DNA of 64,000 bases. Source: an uncultured Rickettsiales bacterium. Lineage in GTDB: Bacteria > Pseudomonadota > Alphaproteobacteria > Rickettsiales > SXRF01. A program made the translations under genes and the position numbers. Within the stretch, counting starts at the first letter, position 1; each line of letters starts with the position of its first letter. Location of the stretch: positions 6,928-70,927 of the forward strand of contig CAZHUC010000004.1 in the NCBI GenBank assembly GCA_964535825.1. The letters run 5' to 3'. Shown piece after piece: positions 54,311-63,294 of this stretch. The notes under the pieces were generated by a model. That model did not search any database and was not told the origin of the DNA. It saw only the letters and a program-made list of their open reading frames with translations.

Positions 54311-56703
54311 TGCCTTAGCACACCACCAAAGCCCTTGGCGGCGGCAGCGATGATGGCATTGGAAATGGTGTTGATGTCGGCTTCGGCGAGCGTCTTATCC
54401 ATTGCCTGCAGGGTTACCTGCACGGCCACGGATTTCTTGCCAGCCTCCACACCTTTGCCCTGATACACGTCGAATATCTCAACATTCGTGATGAGTTGCT
54501 TTTCAGCTTTGTTGATGTTCGCGATGATATCAGATGCCGTAACTCCAGCATCCACGATGAACGCAAAATCACGCGTCACCGCCTGATAATCGGATAGTTT
54601 GAGCGATGCTTTCGCTTTGCCTTTCGCACGCGCGGCAGGAATGGCATCAAGGAATAATTCAAAACCAGTTACGGTTTTACCTTCCATGTCGAGTGCTTTC
54701 AGCACCGCTGGGTGCAGCTCACCAAAATATCCGAGGATGATCTTGCCGCCTAGCGTCAGCGCGCCGGAACGGCCGGGGTGATACCATGCGGGGGTATTTG
54801 TGGTAATATCAAATTTCTGTACACCCAGTGCAGAAAGCACGGCCATGGCATCCGATTTTGCATCGAATGCATCCAGTGGCAGGGTGGATTTTTGGAACTG
54901 TTCACCGTGAACATAATAAGTATGTGTGCCGGTACGAATGCCAGCTGCGATCATTTTCTGGCCAGCAGGCGTTACATCATGGAACTGCAGGCCCACTTCT
55001 GCAAACGCAACATCATGGAATCCACGGGCAGCATTGTTACGCGCGGCATCCAGTAGGTTCGGAAGCAGCGATGGGCGCATGGTATCCAGATCAGCCGAGA
55101 TAGGGTTGGCAAGTTTCAGGCTAGCATTTGTGCTGCCAAATAACGTGGCGTTCTTTTCTGAAAGGAATGACCAGGTGCAGCATTCCATGAACCCCCGTGC
55201 TGCAAGCAGTCGCTTTGCCAGATGCGTGCGTTTCTGCATCAGGTTCAGTGCGGGCTTAGCGATGCCTGTCAGTTTTGGCAGAGGAGTTGCAGGGATGTTA
55301 TCATAGCCATGGATGCGAAGGATTTCTTCCACCACATCGGCTTCGCCTTCCACATCGGCACGCCATGAGGGTGGGCTTACTTCAAATCCATCAGCAGAAG
55401 CACTTACAGCAAAGCCAAGCGATTTCAGGATGGTTTCAATTTTTGCAGGCGCAACGTCCACACCGCCGAGCGATGCAACACGGCTGGCATTCACTTTGAT
55501 GCTACGCTGCCAGGAAGGTGTTTTGCCAGTGATGACAAGATTGCTCATCTCACCGCCGCAGAGTTCTTTGATAAGGCGCAGGGCAAGCAGCGCGCCGGTT
55601 TCCACAAAATTGACATCCACGCCGCGTTCGAAACGGTAGCGCGCATCGGTGTTCAGTTGCAGTGCGCGGCCAGTGTTCGCAATGCTGATGGGGTTGAAGA
55701 GTGCAACTTCTAAAAACACATCCGTAGTTTCGGCTGTGCAGCCGGTTTCCATGCCGCCAATAACACCGCCGAGGCCAAGGGCTGCGCGGTCATCCGCGAT
55801 CACCAGCATGGTCGGGGTGAGGGCATATTCCTTGTTATCGAGTGCTGCGAGTTTTTCACCAACTTTAGCAGCACGCACATGGATATTGCCGGAGAGTTTC
55901 TTTGCATCATAAACGTGCAGCGGGCGACCGAGATCGAAGGTGATGTAATTGGTGATATCCACCAGCGCAGAGATCGATTTCTGGCCGATGGCAGCAAGGC
56001 GATTCTTGAGCCATGCCGGGCTTTCGCCGTTTTTTACACTCTTGATATAACAGCCAATGAATTGCTGGCAGTTATCATCAGCAATGGTGACAGACACAGG
56101 AGACACAAAACTTCCTTTGATACCGGAAACATCTGGAAGTGGTTTCAATTTGCCAAGGCCTGCCACCGCAAGGTCACGCGCGATGCCGTGCACACCCAGC
56201 GCATCGGCGCGATTCGGGGTGATGGCGATTTCAATGATGGGATCATTCAGCCCCATGACCTCAGCGACGGATGCGCCGATCGGTGCTTCGGGCAACTCGA
56301 TGATACCTTCGGAATCGCCACCAATGCCAAGCTCGTCGGCTGAGCAGAGCATGCCGTTCGATTCCACACCGCGTATCTTCGTTTTCTTGATAACGAACTG
56401 GTCACGCGGAATAAGCGCACCTTCCTTGGCAAGCGCTACGAAAATGCCCGCGCGCGCATTCGGCGCGCCGCAAACAATTTGCAACTCACCCACATCAGAC
56501 TGCACTTTGCACACGCGGAGCTTGTCAGCTTCCGGATGTTTTTCAGCATGCAGTACTTTAGCTACAGTAAATGGCGCAAGCTCCGCGCTGCGGTCGGTGA
56601 TGGATTCGACCTCAAGGCCAATGGCGGTGAGTGTTTTACTGATTTCCTCCAGCGAGGCATTGGTATCGAGATGGTCCTTGAGCCAGCTTAGTGTAAATTT
56701 CAT
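54307..56703 (-). CDS. pheT: Phenylalanine--tRNA ligase beta subunit
   Basis: 798 aa with [14 protein letters not shown], and tRNA-binding, B3/4, B5 and FDX-ACB domains in order. ATGA overlap with pheS. Confidence 0.95.
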   Translation of the reverse strand: MKFTLSWLKDHLDTNASLEEISKTLTAIGLEVESITDRSAELAPFTVAKVLHAEKHPEADKLRVCKVQSDVGELQIVCGAPNARAGIFVALAKEGALIPRDQFVIKKTKIRGVESNGMLCSADELGIGGDSEGIIELPEAPIGASVAEVMGLNDPIIEIAITPNRADALGVHGIARDLAVAGLGKLKPLPDVSGIKGSFVSPVSVTIADDNCQQFIGCYIKSVKNGESPAWLKNRLAAIGQKSISALVDITNYITFDLGRPLHVYDAKKLSGNIHVRAAKVGEKLAALDNKEYALTPTMLVIADDRAALGLGGVIGGMETGCTAETTDVFLEVALFNPISIANTGRALQLNTDARYRFERGVDVNFVETGALLALRLIKELCGGEMSNLVITGKTPSWQRSIKVNASRVASLGGVDVAPAKIETILKSLGFAVSASADGFEVSPPSWRADVEGEADVVEEILRIHGYDNIPATPLPKLTGIAKPALNLMQKRTHLAKRLLAARGFMECCTWSFLSEKNATLFGSTNASLKLANPISADLDTMRPSLLPNLLDAARNNAARGFHDVAFAEVGLQFHDVTPAGQKMIAAGIRTGTHTYYVHGEQFQKSTLPLDAFDAKSDAMAVLSALGVQKFDITTNTPAWYHPGRSGALTLGGKIILGYFGELHPAVLKALDMEGKTVTGFELFLDAIPAARAKGKAKASLKLSDYQAVTRDFAFIVDAGVTASDIIANINKAEKQLITNVEIFDVYQGKGVEAGKKSVAVQVTLQAMDKTLAEADINTISNAIIAAAAKGFGGVLRQ

Positions 56704-57758
56704 AATCCCCCCACCAGCGAAGGAATATGCAGCGGGTCAAAGCCGTAATGCTTAAGCCAGCGCACGTCACTGTCAAAGAAAGTGCGCAGGTCAGGGATGC
56801 CGTATTTCAGCATGGCGAGGCGTTCAACGCCCATGCCGAAAGCAAAGCCCTGCCATTCATTCGCGTCGATGCCGCAATTTGTGAGCACGTTCGGGTGCAC
56901 CATGCCGCAGCCCATGACTTCCAGCCAGTCTGCGCCTGCGCCGATCTTGATCTCATCACGCGAGCGAGTGCAGCCAATATCAACTTCCGCGGAAGGCTCG
57001 GTGAACGGGAAGAAGCTGGGGCGGAAACGCACCGGCACGTCATCCAGCTCAAAGAAGGCTTTCAGGAACTCGATGATGCAGCCTTTCAGGTGGCCCATAT
57101 GGATATTTTTATCGATAACGAACCCTTCCACCTGATGGAACATCGGTGTGTGAGTGATATCGGAGTCGCAGCGGTAAGTGCTGCCTGGTGCAATGAAGCG
57201 GAATGGCGGCTTGCCGTTCTTCATGGTGCGTATCTGCACGGGTGAAGTGTGGGTGCGCAGCAGCATCTTCTCGCCCTGCAGATAGAAGGTGTCATGCATC
57301 TGGCGGGCAGGGTGCGAGGCAGGGATATTCAGCGCATCGAAATTATGTTCATCATCTTCAATATCCGGGCCATCTGCCACGGAAAAACCAAGGTCAGAGA
57401 AGATGGCGGTGATCTCTTCCATCACCTGCGTGACCGGATGAATACGGCCGGCAGGGATAGGTTGTGGGGGAAGGGTTACGTCAATCTTTTCATTCGCAAG
57501 GCGGGCAGAAAGTTCTGCATCTGCGAGGGAAGCTTTTTTAGCCTCTATCGCCTCGGATACTTCCTGTTTTATCTTGTTGAGCTCTGCGCCCAGTGTCTTG
57601 CGGGTTTCGGGATCGGCCTGTCCCAGTGTTTTCAGTGCTTCGGTAAGTGCTCCCTTCTTGCCGAGCAGTGCAACGCGCTGTTCTTCAAGCGCAGCAGATG
57701 ACGTGCAGCTTTCAACCGCTTGAAGCGAAGTGGCACGCAGGGAATTGGTATCGGTCAT
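56700..57758 (-). CDS. pheS: Phenylalanine--tRNA ligase alpha subunit
   Basis: 352 aa with class II motifs ([37 protein letters not shown]). Confidence 0.95.
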   Translation of the reverse strand: MTDTNSLRATSLQAVESCTSSAALEEQRVALLGKKGALTEALKTLGQADPETRKTLGAELNKIKQEVSEAIEAKKASLADAELSARLANEKIDVTLPPQPIPAGRIHPVTQVMEEITAIFSDLGFSVADGPDIEDDEHNFDALNIPASHPARQMHDTFYLQGEKMLLRTHTSPVQIRTMKNGKPPFRFIAPGSTYRCDSDITHTPMFHQVEGFVIDKNIHMGHLKGCIIEFLKAFFELDDVPVRFRPSFFPFTEPSAEVDIGCTRSRDEIKIGAGADWLEVMGCGMVHPNVLTNCGIDANEWQGFAFGMGVERLAMLKYGIPDLRTFFDSDVRWLKHYGFDPLHIPSLVGGL

Positions 57759-57800
57759 GATTTACCGCGAAAAAGTTTATTATTGCGAGGAGCATAAGCA

Positions 57801-57839
57801 ACGAAGCAATCCAGTCAATGTTAAACTGGATTGCTTCGT
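57801..57839 (-). terminator. Perfect 15-bp stem-loop between rplT and pheS (terminator or processing site)
   Basis: acgaagcaatccagt (57801-57815) pairs with actggattgcttcgt (57825-57839) across a 9-nt loop. There is no clear U-run on the minus strand. Confidence 0.5.
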
Positions 57840-57860
57840 AATGCTTTTAGTAAGAGATGA

Positions 57861-58223
57861 TTAAGCGGCTTTGTTAAGCGCAGCTTTGCTCTGCTCTACC
57901 AGTGCTTTGAAAGCAGCAGGTTCGCGGGTGGCGAGGTCAGAGAGAACCTTGCGGTCCACTTCGATGCCAGCCTTGAGCAGGCCATTCATGAACTGTGAAT
58001 ATACCATACCGTGTTCACGAACGCCGGCGTTGATGCGCTGAATCCACAGGCTGCGGAAATTGCGCTTTTTGTTACGGCGGTCACGGTAAGCGTAACGAAG
58101 GCCTTTTTCTACCTTCTCACGAGTAACGGTGATACAATTCTTGGCGCGGCCACGATAGCCTTTCGCCATTTTGATGATCTTTTTACGACGCGCGCGATTC
58201 GCGCCACTTTGTGCGTGTGACAT
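57861..58223 (-). CDS. rplT: 50S ribosomal protein L20
   Basis: 120 aa with [12 protein letters not shown]...[23 protein letters not shown]. Confidence 0.95.
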   Translation of the reverse strand: MSHAQSGANRARRKKIIKMAKGYRGRAKNCITVTREKVEKGLRYAYRDRRNKKRNFRSLWIQRINAGVREHGMVYSQFMNGLLKAGIEVDRKVLSDLATREPAAFKALVEQSKAALNKAA

Positions 58224-58234
58224 TGCCTATCTCC

Positions 58235-58438
58235 TTATTTAGCGCCGTATGGCATGTATTGTACGATACGATGCTGGTCGGATTCGTCCATGATGGTGGT
58301 ACCGCGTGCTTTGCGGATAAAGCTGTTGGTACGCTTGCGCATACCGTGACGTTTACCAGCCTGTGTGGCAATGACCTTGCCGGTTGCGGTGAAGCGGAAA
58401 CGCTTTTTGCAACCTGATTTGGTTTTCAATTTGGGCAT
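58235..58438 (-). CDS. rpmI: 50S ribosomal protein L35
   Basis: 67 aa with [22 protein letters not shown]. Confidence 0.93.
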   Translation of the reverse strand: MPKLKTKSGCKKRFRFTATGKVIATQAGKRHGMRKRTNSFIRKARGTTIMDESDQHRIVQYMPYGAK

Positions 58439-58644
58439 TTTCTATCCTTTCAATATTCAGAAAAAACACATTTTTCACTCCACAAGGCAATGCCTCGCCC
58501 GGGAATGAGGATGGACTTTCTATAGGTAAACTATGGTTAGTTCAAGCTAAATAATGGCTTATGTCGCTTTTTGTCCGGTTTCTATTGAAAACTGCTCGCA
58601 ATTACCCATATAATACTACGTCATTTAACTTCAGGAGGACAATA

Positions 58645-59394
58645 ATGGCTTTTAAAGATCCCTTTGCAACAGCACAGACCTTTGGTCAGTCACAAGCTGT
58701 AGCGTATGATGCAGGTTTGCGCAGCTATATGCTGCGTATCTATAACTTCATGGCCAGTGGTCTGGCCCTGACGGGTATCGTGGCGCTCTTTACCGCTAAT
58801 TCCGATGCCATGCAGGCCTTGCTCTATGCCCAAAATGCTCAGGGTCAGTATGGCCCTTCCGGCCTTGGCTGGCTGGTGATGTTTTTACCGCTGGGTCTTG
58901 TCATGTGGATGAGTTTTGGCCTTAATCGTATTTCGGCCAGTTTTGCACAGGGGCTTTTCTGGGCGTTCTCTGTCGCTATGGGGCTTTCGCTTTCCAGCAT
59001 ATTCCTCATGTATACTGGCGAGAGCATTGCCCGTACGTTCTTCGTGACGGCCGGTACATTTGGTGCGATGAGCCTTTATGGTTATACCACCAAGAAAGAC
59101 CTGAGCAGCTGGGGTTCATTCCTCATGATGGGCTTGATAGGTCTTATCCTCGCATCGCTGGTGAATATCTTCCTGCAGAGCTCAGGCCTTGCCTTTGCCT
59201 TGTCGGTGATCGGTGTGTTGGTTTTCGTAGGCCTCACCGCCTATGACACGCAGAAGATCAAAGCCATGTATTACCAGCTCGGTAGCACAGGCGAAATGGC
59301 AGCGAAAATGGCCATTATGGGTGCACTGAACCTGTATATGGACTTCATCAATATCTTCCTGCATCTGCTTCGCTTCATGGGCGAACGCCGGTAA
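58645..59394 (+). CDS. Bax inhibitor-1/YccA family membrane protein
   Basis: The ATG at 58645 is preceded by AGGAGG. AYDAGLRSYMLRIYNFM... with seven TM segments and a C-terminal LNLYMDFINIFLHLLRF. Confidence 0.85.
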   Translation: MAFKDPFATAQTFGQSQAVAYDAGLRSYMLRIYNFMASGLALTGIVALFTANSDAMQALLYAQNAQGQYGPSGLGWLVMFLPLGLVMWMSFGLNRISASFAQGLFWAFSVAMGLSLSSIFLMYTGESIARTFFVTAGTFGAMSLYGYTTKKDLSSWGSFLMMGLIGLILASLVNIFLQSSGLAFALSVIGVLVFVGLTAYDTQKIKAMYYQLGSTGEMAAKMAIMGALNLYMDFINIFLHLLRFMGERR

Positions 59395-59423
59395 ACTCTA
59401 CTAAGCTTGCCGTTTTACTTGAA

Positions 59424-59490
59424 AACGGTGTGCTCGCTTCTGGTCACTTAGGTTTTACTAAGCTCAGTCGCTGTGCGCACCGTTTTCTTC
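59424..59490 (+). terminator. Compound stem-loop with U-run downstream of the BI-1 gene (candidate terminator or small structured RNA)
   Basis: aacggtgtgc (59424-59433) pairs with gcgcaccgtt (59475-59484) and is followed by ttttcttc. The inner hairpin is cttag-gtttta-ctaag. Confidence 0.35.
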
Positions 59491-59548
59491 GTATGCGGCT
59501 AAGCCTAGCGAGTTTATGTTAGCGAAAATAGCGCAAGGAGAAGAAATT

Positions 59549-59794
59549 ATGATAACCAACAATACCGCTGAAAACCGTTACGAACTGGTGACCGATGGCC
59601 ATGTGTCTTTTGCGGAATATCATTTGAACGGCACAAGACTTTCTATAAATCATGTCTTTGTCCCCAATGAACTGCGTGGGCAGGGGATAGCCGCCAAGGT
59701 CATGGAAGGTGTCGTGGCGGATGCCACATCTCGTGGGCTTACCATCGTACCTGTGTGTTCTTATGCGCAGGCCTATATGCAGCGGCAAAAATAA
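59549..59794 (+). CDS. GNAT-like small acetyltransferase (YjdJ-type)
   Basis: The ATG at 59549 follows AAGGAGAAG. NRYEL...V..AEY......L.I.HV.VP.ELRGQGIA is the pattern of the short GNAT family. Confidence 0.7.
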   Translation: MITNNTAENRYELVTDGHVSFAEYHLNGTRLSINHVFVPNELRGQGIAAKVMEGVVADATSRGLTIVPVCSYAQAYMQRQK

Positions 59795-59837
59795 ATCAGT
59801 GGCCTGAATCTTTTTTGCGGTTTATGTATTCCCCATC

Positions 59838-60608
59838 ATGAATCATTTCAATCTCATCGGCACATATACGCTCTGCAAGCGCGAGATCTGGCGGTTTGCA
59901 AAGGTATGGAATCAAACGGTCATTGCTCCCGTTATCACCACACTTTTATTCCTGGCGGTGCTTACACTGGCCATGGGTGGTAGTGGACGCGTCATTGATG
60001 GCGTGCCATATAATGAATTCGTAGCACCCGGCCTCATCATGATGGCTGTGGTGCAGAATGCTTTTGCCAATACTTCATCATCACTCATCCTTGCCAAGAT
60101 ACAGGGTGTCATCATTGACATACTCATGCCGCCACTCACCGGTTCGGAAATTACGCTGGCCATGGCGCTGGGCGGTATCGCGCGTGGGCTGTCTGTAGGT
60201 GTGGTGGTGCTTTCAGCGATATATATATTCGTGCCCTTTAGCGTCCACAGCATTGGTCTTGCATTCTTTTATGTGATCGCTGCGAGTATCATGATGGCAC
60301 TGCTGGGGGTACTTGCAGGTGTGTGGTCGGGCGGGTTCGACCAGCTCTCGGCTATCACCAATTATATCGTGACACCGCTCGCATTCTTATCCGGCACGTT
60401 CTATTCCATCAAGCAGCTGCCGGAATTCTGGTACTATGTGTGCCACTTCAACCCGTTCTTCTATATGATCGATGGGTTTCGTTACGCCATGACGGGCTAT
60501 ACCGACGGCACGATCGCCACGGGTATGGCCGTGCTCGTTGGCATCAATATCACGCTGTGGCTGGTAACCGTCTGGATGTTTAAAAAGGGCTACCGGCTTA
60601 AGAGCTGA
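59838..60608 (+). CDS. ABC-2 type transporter permease (YadH/NodJ-like)
   Basis: 256 aa with six TM segments and the ABC-2 signature region. No adjacent ATPase gene. Confidence 0.85.
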   Translation: MNHFNLIGTYTLCKREIWRFAKVWNQTVIAPVITTLLFLAVLTLAMGGSGRVIDGVPYNEFVAPGLIMMAVVQNAFANTSSSLILAKIQGVIIDILMPPLTGSEITLAMALGGIARGLSVGVVVLSAIYIFVPFSVHSIGLAFFYVIAASIMMALLGVLAGVWSGGFDQLSAITNYIVTPLAFLSGTFYSIKQLPEFWYYVCHFNPFFYMIDGFRYAMTGYTDGTIATGMAVLVGINITLWLVTVWMFKKGYRLKS

Positions 60609-60878
60609 TTACTTGTCTACGCTTACGTCTGCGGCGATGCCATCTCTCAGACCTGCATTGATCTCATCAAGGCAAGCGTTGTATGTTGCGTAGCACGCTT
60701 TTTTTTCTGCCATGGTAGATGCGGCATCAAGGCACATGTCTAGCCGAGCTTTGCAGTTCTTGAGCATTTGTTTTGCTGTTTCCGGGTCAATAGATTGAGC
60801 ATTGCCGGGTTGGATAACACCGAAAGATAATGCTAACCCCATTGCCATCAAAATTGCGATTTTTGAATTTTTTTTCAT
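60609..60878 (-). CDS. Small secreted four-cysteine protein
   Basis: MKKNSKIAILMAMGLALSFGVIQPGNAQ signal peptide, then a helical region with 4 Cys (C..C / C..C spacing). Its stop abuts the stop of the permease gene. Confidence 0.5.
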   Translation of the reverse strand: MKKNSKIAILMAMGLALSFGVIQPGNAQSIDPETAKQMLKNCKARLDMCLDAASTMAEKKACYATYNACLDEINAGLRDGIAADVSVDK

Positions 60879-61038
60879 AAAAGTTTCTCCTCGCTTAAAA
60901 TACAAAATTTCATACTACCCCTCTATTAAACCATGAAAATATTGCGGTTTTATGACGATTAGCCGGTATTTTATGCTTCTGATGCTTGACAAGGGGGGCT
61001 TTATGAAATCAACTCATTGTTTTTATATAGATTTTACC

Positions 61039-61166
61039 CGTTGCGCCAGACAGGCTACACCGACGGCCTGATTGCCATAGGCACGGCTGTGCTCATCGGT
61101 ATCAATATCACCCTGTGGCTTGTAACCACATGGATGTTTAAAAAGGGCTACCGGCTTAAGACTTAG
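61039..61166 (+). pseudogene. Relic 3' end of a second ABC-2 permease gene (diverged copy of 60480-60608)
   Basis: Translates as GYTDGLIAIGTAVLIGINITLWLVTTWMFKKGYRLKT*, against GYTDGTIATGMAVLVGINITLWLVTVWMFKKGYRLKS* in the intact gene. A 31-nt block is identical (60573-60603 = 61131-61161). An upstream indel breaks the frame, and there is no upstream ORF. Confidence 0.8.
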
Positions 61167-61969
61167 CCCCTGCCAACCGCAGGTGAATCTTTCGGGGTGT
61201 ATTTTGCAATAGTATAAGATTCGCGCTGTCTTGGTGTCATGGCGTCTTTTTCTTCACGAGTTGGTTCACGCATGCCGGGGATATGTGCGCCGTAGCTGAT
61301 CAATAAATCATAGATCTGTTTTTTGGTTTGCTCATCAAGATGCTGACTTTTTTTCACATCCTCGGCTACGCCACCCTTACTATAGTAAGCATCATTTGCA
61401 TCCGCTCCTGCTTTTAAAAGCATGGTTACTAACGGTATGTCACCACTGCTTGCTGCCGATCCCAACAGCCAGCCATTCCCAGCTCTGTTTGGATCTGCGC
61501 CAGCGTTCAGCAGATCCTTGATCACAGCAAGATAGTCCGTTTTGTACGGAATTTTAGGCGTGTTATATACTGTATATATATGCGCTGCCTTTCTCAAAGC
61601 TGTATCAGTACCACTGATATAAACAGTATTAGGGTCTGCTCCTTTTTCGAGCAGTTTTGCTATCACTTGCCCCATATCGTGGTCTTTGCCTGATTCGATG
61701 GCTTGATGCAGCAGTGGTCTGTCATGGGACGGCTTGTAGTTAGGGTTTATTTGATCTGCGTCTAGCAGTTGGATAAACTTTTCTATTTCACCGCGCACCA
61801 GAAGAGCATCTGGATTGGGATAGCAACCGATCCAACTCCCTTCTTGCACTTTTTTTGGAGTAATAAGGGGGGTAAACTGATCAACCGTTACGGTATCACC
61901 TGCCGCCCTGGCTTTTTCAACAATTGCCCTAAGTTCATCCGAACTCAAATCTTTGTGCTGTGCCGACAT
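61163..61969 (-). CDS. Ankyrin-repeat protein
   Basis: The start is taken at the ATG at 61969. Repeats carry LLEKGADPN, LLNAGADPN and LLKAGADAN plus PLLHQAIESG. Confidence 0.8.
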   Translation of the reverse strand: MSAQHKDLSSDELRAIVEKARAAGDTVTVDQFTPLITPKKVQEGSWIGCYPNPDALLVRGEIEKFIQLLDADQINPNYKPSHDRPLLHQAIESGKDHDMGQVIAKLLEKGADPNTVYISGTDTALRKAAHIYTVYNTPKIPYKTDYLAVIKDLLNAGADPNRAGNGWLLGSAASSGDIPLVTMLLKAGADANDAYYSKGGVAEDVKKSQHLDEQTKKQIYDLLISYGAHIPGMREPTREEKDAMTPRQRESYTIAKYTPKDSPAVGRG

Positions 61970-62065
61970 TCTGCTATCCTTTTTGCGTATTTCGATAATT
62001 GGCAATAGTATTATCTTTTTTTAAAGAGTTAGGAAGTTAAATAGCGTTAAGAATGTGTGACAGCC

Positions 62066-62094
62066 TTGACAATATTGGCCGATAGGCAGATAAT
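62066..62094 (+). promoter_or_regulatory. Sigma-70-type promoter candidate for argD-argF
   Basis: TTGACA (62066-62071), 17-nt spacer, GATAAT (62089-62094). 33 nt upstream of the argD ATG. Confidence 0.45.
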
Positions 62095-62127
62095 CCGTTC
62101 TTTTTTAAGGATTTTGGATAGATTTCA

Positions 62128-63294
62128 ATGTCTTCGGTCTTACCGGTATATAGGCGTTCAGCGATCGAGATCGTGCGTGGTGAGGGAGTGTATCTCTTTT
62201 CAGCCGATGGAAAGCGCTATCTGGATTTTGCCACTGGCATTGCCGTGAATGCGCTTGGCCACTGTCATCCGCATGTGACCAAAGCACTTAAAGCACAAGC
62301 TGACATTCTCTGGCATTGCTCCAACATGTACCGTATGCCAGGCCTCGAAAGACTGGCTGAACGATTCGTGGAGCATACGTTCGCTGATAAGGCATTCTTC
62401 TGCAATTCAGGAAGTGAAGCAGTGGAGTGCGGCCTCAAGATGCTGCGCAAATATCACGACGCTCAGGGAAATCCTGACAAGTATCGCGTCATCACCATGC
62501 AAGGTGGTTTCCATGGCCGGACGTTCGCTTGTATCTCGGCAGGCGGCAATGATGTTGCGCGCAAAGGCTATGAACCATTACTGGATGGTTTTGACCGCGC
62601 AGAGTTCAACGATATTGCATCAGTAAAAGCAGCAATCACTTCAAAGACCGCAGCCATTCTGGTTGAGCCGATACAGGGTGAGGGCGGTGTGCATGTTGCT
62701 ACCAAAGAATTCCTGCAAGGCCTCCGTACACTGTGTGATGAGCATGGGTTGCTTTTATTCATCGATGAAGTGCAGTGCGGTATGGGCCGTACAGGGTATT
62801 TATTCGCACATGAAATGGCAGGCATCACGCCGGATATCGTTTCGGTTGCCAAAGGTATCGGCAATGGTTTTCCGCTTGCAGCCTGTTTGATGACGGATGC
62901 GGTAGCATCTGCGGTCACTCCCGGCTCGCACGGTTCAACCTATGGCAGCAATCCGCTTGCTATGGCCGCAGGCAATGCCGTGCTTGATGTAATGCTTGAA
63001 GAGGGATTCCTCGCGCAGGTGAGAGCTGTGGGCAAATTACTGAAACAAGAGCTGGCGAATTTTGCAAAACAATTTCCTGACATTGTGACAGAAGTGCGTG
63101 GTGAAGGACTGATGCTTGGTATTAAAACTGCGCGTCCGGCGCGTGAGGTGGCAGAAGAGTTGCGCCATGCCGGACTTCTGACAGCACCGGCGGAAGATAA
63201 TGTAATAAGAATTTTACCACCTCTTATTATAACGGAATCCCATGTGTCTGAAGCGATGCAATTACTGACCGCTGTATGTAAGGAATACGCCTGA
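62128..63294 (+). CDS. argD: Acetylornithine aminotransferase
   Basis: 388 aa, class-III aminotransferase (FCNSGSEAVE, DEVQCGMGRTG, VAKGIGNGFP). Confidence 0.9.
   Translation: MSSVLPVYRRSAIEIVRGEGVYLFSADGKRYLDFATGIAVNALGHCHPHVTKALKAQADILWHCSNMYRMPGLERLAERFVEHTFADKAFFCNSGSEAVECGLKMLRKYHDAQGNPDKYRVITMQGGFHGRTFACISAGGNDVARKGYEPLLDGFDRAEFNDIASVKAAITSKTAAILVEPIQGEGGVHVATKEFLQGLRTLCDEHGLLLFIDEVQCGMGRTGYLFAHEMAGITPDIVSVAKGIGNGFPLAACLMTDAVASAVTPGSHGSTYGSNPLAMAAGNAVLDVMLEEGFLAQVRAVGKLLKQELANFAKQFPDIVTEVRGEGLMLGIKTARPAREVAEELRHAGLLTAPAEDNVIRILPPLIITESHVSEAMQLLTAVCKEYA

Noticed and set aside
57759-57860. pheM-like Phe-rich leader peptide and attenuator upstream of pheS. A small ORF starting at 57795 (-) reads MLLAIINFFAV...
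   Set aside because: The ORF lies downstream of the hairpin, not upstream of it. It runs out of frame into pheS and has only two adjacent Phe codons. The geometry does not fit attenuation. I kept the hairpin only as a terminator or processing feature.
60868-60875. T8 (A8 on the coding strand) homopolymer right after the ATG of the small secreted protein gene, considered as a slipped-strand phase-variation tract.
   Set aside because: It simply encodes the Lys-Lys-Asn of a signal-peptide n-region, and it is short for a contingency locus.
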